44,274 nt of DNA, taken from assembly GCF_004010195.1 (NCBI RefSeq), contig NC_057714.1, positions 8,264,482 to 8,308,755 of the forward strand, read 5' to 3'. Numbering within the stretch: the first letter of the stretch is position 1; every line of letters starts with the position of its first letter. Under the pieces are notes generated by a model. The model saw only the letters and a program-made list of their open reading frames with translations, was not told the origin of the DNA and did no database searches. The translations under genes were made by a program, and so were the position numbers. Below are positions 34,261 to 44,274 of the stretch, piece by piece. The DNA comes from Chiloscyllium plagiosum (taxonomy: Eukaryota).

Positions 34261-37200
34261 ATTGATGTGGAAATGATCAAATTAATACATATAAATCTAT
34301 ATTTTTAAAAACTTACGATGTTGTAAGTGGCAATATGTTTTAAAATGTTTCTGGATAATGAACTACTCCTAACTGGAGTAGGGTAAGTAATTTTGAGCAT
34401 GTGTTAGTACTTCAGCATTATGGACTAATCTCTATATTTTGCCAGCATTTATATGGGGAACAATGACAATTCCAGACATGCCTCTGAAATGGTAGTCTGT
34501 TGATGAAAACTTGCATATGGGGATAATCTAAAGATTGGTTTTGAAGGTTTTAGGTGATGCTGCTATGACTGTTACCTTTGGCATCTTGTTCTGTTGTGGA
34601 ATTATCCTTGGAAACTTTCTTTTCTGGTTAGAAACATACATGAATATAGCAGTGACAAACAAAGCGCTGAAGAAACGCAGCATGTTTGGCAATGTATGTG
34701 GCAGAGATACAGTGTTAATGTTTCTGGTCTGTCGTGGCTGTTCTTTAGAACAAAAAGGTCTTCAAAAATGATTTTTTTATGCAATTGATAATGCAGGAGA
34801 AGGAGTGAGTAAAACAAACATCGAGGGTGCTTAGACCAAAAGGCAAAGAGGTTGCCAGTGGTGGTGAAGGAAGATTTGTTAATGGTGGTAAAGGAGAGAG
34901 AAGTGAAAGATATTCTTCAATGCAATCACCAAGTCTGTGTTTGGTCTTGTCAATATAAAAGAGGGTGCTTTTGTGTGCAATGACTACAGTAGTCTAATTT
35001 GAAAGAAACGCATGTACAATATGGTTATTAAAAGATAAAATATACTTATGTAGACAATGTCAGAGTGAAGTCTGAAATGTTCAGGCTTATTCAAGAGACT
35101 ATTTTTGTCTTTGGTTTTTGAATCCGAGCTAGCTGGTCCTTAATTTTGTAACTTAGTTAAAACCAAATGATATTTTAACTGTTGAATTTAACCCGTACAA
35201 ATATAATACAAATACTTTTAGTAAACATTCAGCTGACTGCTGCAATGCCATTTAAAGTAAAAGCAGATATTGGTCTTTAAATGTATGGTTTCCAGTTTCA
35301 TAATTAGAATATTTTAGCTCCATTGCAATTTTAAAAAAAAAATCCTTCATAAATAATTTCACAATGGTGCATTTCTATCTTGTATTAATGCTGAGAAATA
35401 GAACTGCAAATAACCACACATGACAGCTACCAAATATGGACATAATTTATTATCTCCAATTATCAGGATCTCTTCTGGTCAACTTGTAAATATACTGAAA
35501 ATGGCACCTATAGTTTAAATTTCCTTTGGATCCTGGATGATCATTCTAATGCTTACTAAAGGAAAATAATAGTTACATTTGTACTGTATTGAAGATCTGC
35601 TAAAGCATCAAATTTCTGCAACTTTGTATTTGTGACCAAGATTGAACATGCCTGAGTCAATTATGAGGAAGGTCTGTGGCACTTCTTTTGCATTTCCACC
35701 TCCTAACTATGTATAGCCTTCATCCCAGACACACAACACTATAGTTTGCATCATAACTCTATTCAAATTGTAGCAATTTAAATGCTAAATCATGTTACCT
35801 AATATGATATTTTTATGGCCTCCATTCACCACCTGGATTCTCTCTCTTCCTCTCCTCTCTCTCACATACATATATTCTCCCATTTGGGATTTAGCAGTTT
35901 AAGCATTGCCTTGATCAAAACCTTGAAGCATAACTGTACACTCCATTGCTTTTACATCTGAGATGAGTATAAATTTGTAGAATGCTAGTACCCAAGACAT
36001 ATTACCTGTAATTTCTAATATAGTTACTTGTCTATGTGCATCTATTCAAAATGTAGTATTTGTTTCCATCCCTATGGATGAGACATGAAAGACATTTGTG
36101 CTTCTCGAATTGTTCTATTTGTAAAGGGCACCACCTAGTTCCTCCCCCCAGGTATTTGGAAGCATATATTAATAGCTCAATTAGGTTGAGGTCACATGAA
36201 GAGCTTTATACAAATCAAATTATGTAAGATCTGTACATTCGCCCTTTAATATAGCTCAGCATTCAGACAAAATATTGTAGCTTTATAAATTATAAACTTC
36301 TCAAGCAATAGATTATTTTTGATATGTTGATATTATTTTTGAGGTACTGTGAAGGTCAAAAACTTACTCCCGTTTTGTTCTCTTTATTTCTGTGTCTGGT
36401 TTTCTCTTTCAATCTTTGTCTGAGTCTTTCTAGTTCAAAAGTTCACTCAATTCCCAAATGACCACCTAATTTTCTAGTTATTCCCTCAAGCCATATGTGT
36501 TTGGGTTTCTTTATGGTTTATTAGGTACTGTAGGAAAGAAACATCCGTTATATCTTCTAATGTAATTCACACACACTTCACTGGCACTTCTTCTCTTGAT
36601 TGCTGGCAGCAATTAAATCACAGCAAAGGAGGGTAATACATGGACTCCCTAGCCTATGCTCCCCTACAGAAACTGACAAAGCCTAAAAAATAAATGCCAG
36701 GCTCTCCGTTACCAATCTGCCTTTTGGCTGGCCGCAAGCTTGATTGATTGTGAAATCATAACTTGCTCCTTGCTAACAGGGAGAGTTCACTGGTAGGTTA
36801 TTGTGAGCAGATAAAGCACTGGATGAGGTTTTGATTTTTCTGTATCGAATCTGGGTACATCAGATTAATGGAATTTCAATTACAGCTTGGAATTGCCACA
36901 GCTTTGTCAGGAAAACTGATGGAGATTCTATAGCCATGTCTACTAGCTAATACCAGATGCAAAAAAGGTGTGCTCTTCTATTAGGCCAAACAGCAAAGAC
37001 CGATTGTAATTGGATTGTTTTTAAACTTATTGATGTCTGTATTTTTGTCCTTTTTTAAAATCTTTTCACCTCTTCAGACAGCTCTTCTATTAGATTTGAC
37101 AGTACAGTAATGGTTTTGAGTTTATGAATCTGTATTGAGTTGAACGTTTTCTTTTTGACTTTACTCATACCAGAGCTAATTGTTTCTATTCAACAAGTAT

Positions 37201-38142
37201 ACACTATTGATGCTTTTTGTGGATCAGTTTTCAGATTTTGTACTGAAAAAGAATTGTGAAGTGATTAATCATTGAGATTTTCACAGAATAAGATAATGAG
37301 CACATTATTCACATGAGAATTAATGGTTTATCAATCTATTTTGATATCGCATCATGTCTTTTATTGTCTTTCCTATGGAAACCTGAGATTTTTAATGTCA
37401 ATTTACTTTAGTATCACCTTGGATATTTTGCATTGTTTACTAAGTAGTTGTGAAATTAATCATATTTGCTGAGTGAAACATTGAAAACTTTTTTTCCAGA
37501 ATAAGGATCAGTATAAGAAATTATTATTGGCAGTATGTATAATTAATGTTATACATTATATTATAATGGGAACAATCAATGCTATGGCATATTGTGATTT
37601 GATATTTCTATAATATTAAATAGGAATGAATAGCTATCTAGAAATAATTACAGGGGTGTAATCTAATTGAAGCTTAGATTATGTTTTAAATTTCAGTGGC
37701 AAGCTTGAGTAGTTTTTAACCACTATATTGGAGCTAATATCACAAAGATCTTGATATAATACCCTAGAGCCACTTTGCATTAAATATTTTAAGGAATTCT
37801 TTGCAGGAGCTTTGTTCTGTTTAGCTCATGTTAATCTATGGTATAGAATTGTTGTGCTGTGCACATAATGTTCATACACAATATTAACTATCCTGATAGT
37901 GTTGCAAATAAAATATAGCTGATGACTTTAATTCAATGTTCATTCCATAGTTTTATATTAGCACGCAGAATTTCTCACAAGCAGCTCAAAGTATATTAAA
38001 TGATAAAACTCGAATGTAATTTGTAAAGTGTCAAAAGGTTGACACTTGCATTTTTTCAATGATTGATATAATGGCATCTGCGTTTTTGGATTAGTGGTGC
38101 TGGAAGAGCACAGCAGTTCAGGCAGCATCCGAGGAGCAGCAA

Positions 38143-38178
38143 AATCGACGTTTCGGGCAAAAGCCCTTCATCAGGAAT
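38143..38178 (-). ncRNA. Minimal type I hammerhead ribozyme motif (antisense copy)
   Basis: Minus strand reads attcCTGATGAagggcttttgcccGAAACGTCgatt. Confidence 0.68.
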
Positions 38179-38182
38179 GCAT

Positions 38183-38218
38183 ATGCCTGATGAAGGGCTT
38201 TTGCCCGAAACGTCGATT
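38183..38218 (+). ncRNA. Minimal type I hammerhead ribozyme motif (sense to SKAP2)
   Basis: CTGATGA (38187-38193), stem II GGGC-TTTT-GCCC, GAAAC, GTC triplet (38212-38214). The self-complementary ACGT stem III is typical of Penelope-associated dimeric hammerheads. Stem I is weak. Confidence 0.68.
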
Positions 38219-38969
38219 TTGCTGCTCCTCGGATGCTGCCTGAACTGCTGTGCTCTTCCAGCACCACTAATCCAAAATCTGGTTTACAGCATCTGCAGTC
38301 ATTGTTTTAACCTATAATGGCATCTGCGACCCGCTGAAAAGGCCCAAACTTTAACTGCCCATGAAATGAATAGTATTTAAGAAATTAATATACAGATATA
38401 ATTATTTAGGTTCTAAAGGAAGTTCAACCACTTGCATTTTTGTTTCCATAATTGGTGTTATCTGCATACTTTATCTTTTTGAAGTTTCACCTACCTATAA
38501 GTCATCCACTATATAAACTAAAATTTTCAGCAGTTTTGGACTGCATCCCTTGAATATGCTTTAAGCATTTACAATTGTGCACACAATATGCTTGTACAAT
38601 AACTATTGTGTAGCTAACAATTTACAGAAGTTGTACTTGCAGTTATGGTGCTAAATTACATTTTTGGATTCATAAATTGCACACCTGCATGTTTTTGCCC
38701 ATGAAACCCTGTAAAAAGATGCAAAAATTTTACAGACATCTGACACTTCAAAACTAGATTATTTCTAATAGTACTTTTCCCAGCTGACCATTTTGAACAA
38801 GGAAGAGAGAAAAGGTAGATGATTGTTTACATGCTCCAGACTAAAAGATTCTGTATGATAGCAATGCATGTACATTTGATAGTTAGTTTCAAAGGGCAAG
38901 GAAGTGTAGGACTGCCTTATTTACTTTAATCTTAGCACTGCGATACTGCCAGTGTTCAAGAGCTGAAAA

Positions 38970-39843
38970 TTGACAGCGAATAGGGTTACCTCAGATTACA
39001 ACAGGATCTGGACCAAATGGGACAATGGGCTGAGAAGTGGCAGATGGAGTTTAATTCAGATAAATGTGAGGTGCTGCATTTTGGGAAAGCAAATCTTAGC
39101 AGGACTTATACACTTAATGGTAAGATCCTGGGGAGTGTTGCTGAACAAAGAGACCTTGGAGTGCATGTTCATAGTTCCTTGAAAATAGAGGCGCAGGTAG
39201 ATAGGATAGTGAAGAAGGCATTTGGTGTGCTTTCTTTTATCGGTCAGGGTATTGAGTACAGGAATTGCGGCTGTATGGGACATTGGTTAGGCCACTGTTG
39301 GAATATTGCATGCAATTCTGGTCTCCTTCCTATCGGAAAGATGTTGTGAAACTTGAAAGGGTTCAGAAAAGATTTACAAAGATGTTGCCAGGGTTGGAGG
39401 ATTTGAGCTATAGGGAGAGGCTGAACAGGTTGGGGCTGTTTTCCCTGGAGCGTCGGAGGCTGAGGGGTGACCTTATAGAGGTTTACAAAATTGAGGGGCA
39501 TGGATAGGATAAATAGACAAAGTCTTTCCCCTGGGATCAGGGAGTCCAGAACTAGAGGGCATAGGTTTAGGGTGAGAGGGGAAAGATATAAAAGAGACCT
39601 AAGGGGCAACCTTTTCACGCAGAGGGTGGTACGTGTGTGGAATGAGCGGTCAGAGGAAGTGGTGGAGGCTGGTACAATTGCAACATTTAAGAGGCATTTG
39701 GATGGCTATATGAATAAGACGGGTTTGGAGGGATATGGGCCGGGTGCTGGCAGGTGGGACTAGATTGGGTTGGGATATCTGGTCGGCGTGGACGGGTTGG
39801 ACCGAAGGGTGTGTTTCCATGCTGTACATCTCTATGACTCTAT
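38970..39843 (+). mobile_element. Young 5'-truncated CR1 (HER1-like) LINE
   Basis: [60 protein letters not shown] with few frameshifts. Tail ctctatgactctat. Confidence 0.93.
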
Positions 39844-40494
39844 AACTGTTGGGTTCCAGAGTGATAAGCAAACCTTGTTATGAAAATAATTAAGTTCTGC
39901 AATACGTTTTATAATTTTATACCCAATGATCCAACTCAAATATAATTGAATTTGTAACTTGTAATCGAAAAAATGTGCTCAAAATATTGGCTGGAAATTG
40001 ATATTTGAAGAGTCAATTATTACTTGTAATTAAACAAAATTAACAATACACCAAATATAATGAATCATATAATGAATTTTGTCCTCTTAATGTAACGTTC
40101 CTTTGTTTATGAGGAGTTGCCAAACTCGGAAAATTGAACCATTCATAACTCATCAGTGAACTTAATGCATGTTTTAATGCAGTAAAGAGGTTTAATCTAA
40201 TCCAATAGGAAGTCTTAAAAAAAACTTGTTAAATGCCATTATTCTGTTAATGGCATGGGGAATATAACGGAGGCAGTGTTACCCTTGTTGCTTAAATGGC
40301 AGGAGTTAAAAATACAAATATCTAAGTGGGTAGAGTTGGAAAGAAGAAAAAAGTGACCCTGATGGGAACTAGGAACAGCAGAATTGGGTTGTTGGATAGA
40401 AAATAAATCAGAAGACAAGAAAGGCACTATTGAAGCATGGGAGAACTCAATATGCAGGTGTACTGGGGCAGTCAAGTTGGTCGTAGATCCCAAG

Positions 40495-40992
40495 AAAAGG
40501 AATTGTGAGCAGTTTTGGGGTCCATATCAAAGAAAGGATATGTGGCCTTGGAAGAGGTCCAAAAATGGTTTTTAAGAATGATTCTGGATCCTTACTTGAT
40601 GTAGTTTAGAAGGAGAAGGAAGGATGTAATTGAAACTTACAGAATGCTGAGCGGCTGGATAGAGTGGACGTGGCGAAGATGTTTCCACTGGTAGAAGAAA
40701 CTAGGACCTGAGGGCACAACTTCAGAGTGAAAGGAAAGACATTGAGAACTGAGATGAGGAGGAATTTCTTCAGCTAGAGTGTGGTTATTCTGTCAAATTC
40801 ATTTCCACAGATGGCTCCGTCATTATGTGTATTTAAGACTGAGATAGAGAGGTTCTCAATTGATAAGGGAATCAAAGGTTACAGGGACAAGGCTGGAGAA
40901 TGGACTTGAAATACATATCAACCATGATTGACTGGCAGAGCAGACCTGATGGGCAGAATGACTTAATTCTTCCTATAACATATGGTCTAAAA
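40495..40992 (+). mobile_element. CR1 3' fragment, decayed
   Basis: CEQFWGPYQRKD motif and 3' UTR like 25250-25567 plus 26011-26052. Confidence 0.82.
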
Positions 40993-41290
40993 TTAGGGAA
41001 TCTGCCTCCAGTCTGTCGCATTCAAGCCTGTTGTCATTTTTAATCCAGCAATATCATGGCGTCCCCCTCTTGTCTTGGAGAGGTGTATAAGGTCGTAACT
41101 CTAATCATTTGGTGGTACAGAAGTTGAGTATTGCTGACAAAGGATTTATTTTATCTGGCTTTTATCAGGACAATTAACAAGATTACAAATTCGCGGGGAT
41201 AAATTAACATTTATCCTATGTGAGAGGAAAGTGTGGATTCGTTGGTTCTGATCTGCAGAGTGTTGCTATGGAGGCTGCATCAATTAATGT

Positions 41291-41300
41291 TGATTGACAG
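41291..41300 (+). promoter_or_regulatory. PBX-MEIS/PREP decamer TGATTGACAG
   Basis: Exact match to the established TALE heterodimer decamer, in a repeat-free segment. Motif match only. Confidence 0.35.
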
Positions 41301-41459
41301 TCAACTACTGAACTTAGTTTAAATTTTAAACGAGGCTGGTTGACTCTGGGTGGGCCATTGGCCGGAGAAATGAAGCAGTGAATGGATATTACCCATGCGT
41401 TGAAACAGATGCAATGTCTGTGCGTGTTATTTGTTTTCAAATATGTGTTTTGTTTCAGT

Positions 41460-43310
41460 AGTACTAAAAACATTATTACTAGATTGGTAATTCAGAGGTT
41501 TGGATTAACTATCAAGAGACATGAGTTCTGATCCCATCAGGATAGCTGTGTAATTTAAATATGGGATGAAAAGCTGTTCCCAACAATGGTGATTCTGAAA
41601 CTATCAATTATTGTAAAAGCATATTTGGTTTACTCATCTCCTTTGGGGAGAAAATCCGATCCCCTTACTTCGCCTGTATAACATTTGGCTCCAAACCAAG
41701 AGTAATGTGATTGACGATTATTTGCTGTTTGAAATCGCCTCACTTGTATCAAACTGCTACAGAAATGTCATATAAGAATAAAACTGGACCTCCTGGCATT
41801 GACTAAGGCATTTTACAAGACAGTGCACACTTAGTATTTTGACCCTGCAAAGTTGCCCTCTCTCAAACTTGGCATTTGTAAACACAAAATTGAGATAATT
41901 GTCCCAAGGCATTGTTACACAGGAGTCAAAATGATGATTGTGTCTTTCAGCAAACATTCTAGAATCCTCCATTAACATTTCACAATGGACAGTCTGATGG
42001 GAGTTGGTCTGCGTGTTTTCAATTTTGACTTGGACCCCTATGGTCTCATGGTTCCAAACCAAATATGAAGAAGGAAAACTACCGTTAATTACTACAAACT
42101 CCCTTCTCTCAGCTGAAGAGTCATTTCTCCCCCAAATTGAAAATTAGTTAAATGACGCACTGAAAGTAACAAGGGCACAGAGTGTGAGATCCATCACCAA
42201 GGTAATCCTACTCATGACCAAGCTGACTATATCCTGAGGATGTATTTGCCAGACTCATCCTGCAACAGGTGGTGAGAGAATCATTGAACCAACATGATGG
42301 TCGACTTAGTTTTATCCTCCCCAATTTACCTGTTGCATGCATCTTTACGTGACAGAATTGACAGGAGTAGCCATTGCACTACGTATGGAGAAATGATCCC
42401 AACTTCAAACTGAGGACTGTGGCTGAACCTCTGTATGAAATAGGATAAATTCAGAATAGATAAAGCAGCTAAAACTGGAGGCACACTGCAACATCAGACT
42501 TATTGTCCCCCACAATATATATTCCTCACTCAACCATTAAAACAGCATGCCAGGAGCAGTGACAAGCACACTTTAAAAATGAGGTACCAACCTGGCAAAG
42601 GAATATCTGACTTCATGCATGCTTAACAGTGCAAGCTTCATATTATATGCAGAGCAATGCAGTCCCACAACCTATAAATCAGATGAAAATTATGTGGTGT
42701 AGTCTCCTGCAAACATGATGACGGATATATTAAACAACTAGCATGAAAAGTGGGTCCATGAACATCTACATTGGCACCAATGACACAGCCCACCACTTGA
42801 CTGAAAAAGACAAGTTAGAAAGTTGCAGTCATTAGCTGGAGGTGTTGAGTAGATGATTTGCAATGGCTCTTTCCAAGGTAAATATCGTCATAGAAGCTAC
42901 CCTTCAGTCAATAAAGTTCACTCTATGTGACATTACAAAATGCTGAAAGTACTACATATAGCAAAAACTGTAGGTCTGGTCAACATCCTTGATGGGGCTG
43001 AAGACACATACTCTGGAACCAACTGCATTTTATAGCCAAAGTATTCCAGTACAACTACAACAGTTGGCATCTGCCCAACAGAATGGGAGCATTACAAACA
43101 CAAAATGCTAGGAATCGCAGCACATCCATGGGGAGAGAGCATGCTAACATTTCAAGTCTGGATGATGCTTCCCATTATCTGGATATGTCCTTTCCAAACA
43201 AGTCCAGTCTGGCCTGTTACCACACCATTGTTTGTGCGATTATCAGCATTGTGATGGAGAGTTGTTTTGACTATGCTTTGAAGTGAGTCGCAAGTACTCA
43301 ACAAATAACT
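41460..43310 (+). mobile_element. 5' part of a decayed CR1/L2-like LINE (SINE-like leader, APE, start of RT), interrupted at about 43090-43155 by a short repeat
   Basis: APE remnants homologous to 12570-13400. Pre-RT remnant around 42930-43085 (AKTVGLVNI...AKVFQYNYN, cf. KAxGPDNI...AKLFQYSY) and NKSSLACYHTI..IISIVME (cf. NPANYRPISLLSIISKVME). Confidence 0.65.
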
Positions 43311-44009
43311 TATTTACTGGTGCTTTGTTTGGTTCTGTGAAGATTCAAACCTCACTTCAATCTTGATCCAAACATGAACAAAGAGTGCTGAATTACAGAG
43401 ATGAAATGAAATTTCTGCATTTTCACGGTATAACTATTTTTTCTTGATGGCTCTCTTTGAGTTTTTTTTGGGGCAATTTGTTTTTTGATTTTTGGGGCTA
43501 CTCTTTGATTTTTATGGGTGACCTTTTCATTCCCACTAATGCAATTATTAAGTGGCACATTCTTATAGTACACATACCTTCTGTATTTATTTCAACACAT
43601 GATATATTTTCACTCAGCCAGAAGCAGAATTGGAAGAATTTATCAATATTCTCAATCACCAACTTTCCATTAAACTTCAAGCCACGTCACAAAAGGAAAG
43701 GATTAATTTATTGATCAACGCATTGTGTAAATTGGAGCAAGACACCATCCATACGTTAGCAAGAAGCTTTTGTTTTTAAAATAACTGACACACACTTCAA
43801 CACACAATCCATCCACCTAAACACACTTTTCATTGACTGATACGGTCATATTTCATGTGTTTCCAAAAAGTACACAAAGCTGGAAGATTTTAACCACTCA
43901 ATTTCTAATGTTTTACTGCAACTAGAATCTGATTCTCAAGTTTAAATTTGAAAATTGACATAGTGCTGATTATAAAGCATGTGCTACTTTTCTCCCCCTC
44001 CATTCTCCT

Positions 44010-44246
44010 GATTTGGGGATGCTGGTGTTGGACTGGGATGTACAGAGTTAAAAATCATAACACCAGGTTATAGTTCAACAGGCTTATTTGCAAACACTAG
44101 CTTTCAGAGCACTGCTTCTTCAGGTGGTTATGGAGTATAAGATCGTAAGACACAGAATTTATAGCAAAAGTTTACAGTGTGATGTAACTGAAATTATATA
44201 TTGAAAAAGATCTGGATTGTTTAAGTCTCTCATCTTTTAGAATGAA
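44010..44246. mobile_element. Interspersed repeat, same family as 1323-1470 (probable Penelope-associated)
   Basis: Direct similarity to 1323-1470. Minus strand acctgaagaagcagtgctctgaaagctag resembles a decayed hammerhead core. Confidence 0.6.
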
Positions 44247-44274
44247 CCCCTTTACACTCGCACTCTCGCCCGGG

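Larger units (their letters stand above)
38083..38312. mobile_element. 230-bp palindromic Penelope-type terminal-repeat insertion with 16-bp TSD
   Basis: Perfect inverted arms 38084-38175 / 38186-38277 (92 bp, 10-nt loop). Perfect direct repeat tataatggcatctgcg at 38067-38082 and 38313-38328. Confidence 0.93.

Noticed and set aside
34535-34771. 78-aa ORF with a hydrophobic stretch
   Set aside because: Non-ATG start, no recognisable homology and no clear splice signals. It does not match the expected next SKAP2 exon (PH domain start), which is not in this window.
38084-38277. Pre-miRNA or DNA-transposon MITE
   Set aside because: A perfect 92-bp stem is atypical of miRNA precursors. The 16-bp TSD, asymmetric tail and hammerhead cores fit a Penelope-type retro-insertion better.
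1-44274. Prokaryotic systems (CRISPR arrays, operons, defence islands)
   Set aside because: The sequence is vertebrate intronic DNA with spliceosomal exons. There are no regularly spaced repeats or dense ORFs.

Overview
Eukaryotic, AT-rich vertebrate DNA. The repeat content (HE1-type V-SINEs, CR1 LINEs, Penelope-like elements) points to an elasmobranch (shark). The only host gene I can support is SKAP2 on the + strand, seen as three internal coding exons: 3226-3331, 4067-4092 and 28558-28656. They splice in frame into the N-terminal dimerisation domain and acidic linker. Exon 1 and the PH/SH3 exons lie outside the window, so everything else is intron. The introns hold many decayed CR1 LINEs (including a deeply nested cluster at about 18.7-26 kb), HE1 SINEs, a near-complete Penelope element with an inverted terminal copy, a fossil PIF/Harbinger transposon, a fossil Gypsy element and a small Tc1/mariner-type MITE. 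Most listed ORFs are transposon fragments or noise. Most striking observations: (1) a young 230-bp insert with a perfect 16-bp target-site duplication that is a perfect 92-bp-arm palindrome carrying a minimal hammerhead ribozyme core on each strand (38083-38312); (2) both linker tyrosines of mammalian SKAP2 (Y75, Y93) appear as cysteines; (3) two local duplication scars; (4) candidate regulatory motifs (nuclear-receptor half-site cluster, CTCF, PBX-MEIS decamer) in repeat-free intron segments, relevant because SKAP2 flanks the 3' end of the HOXA cluster in other vertebrates. All homology calls are from recognition by eye, not database searches, and repeat boundaries are approximate.
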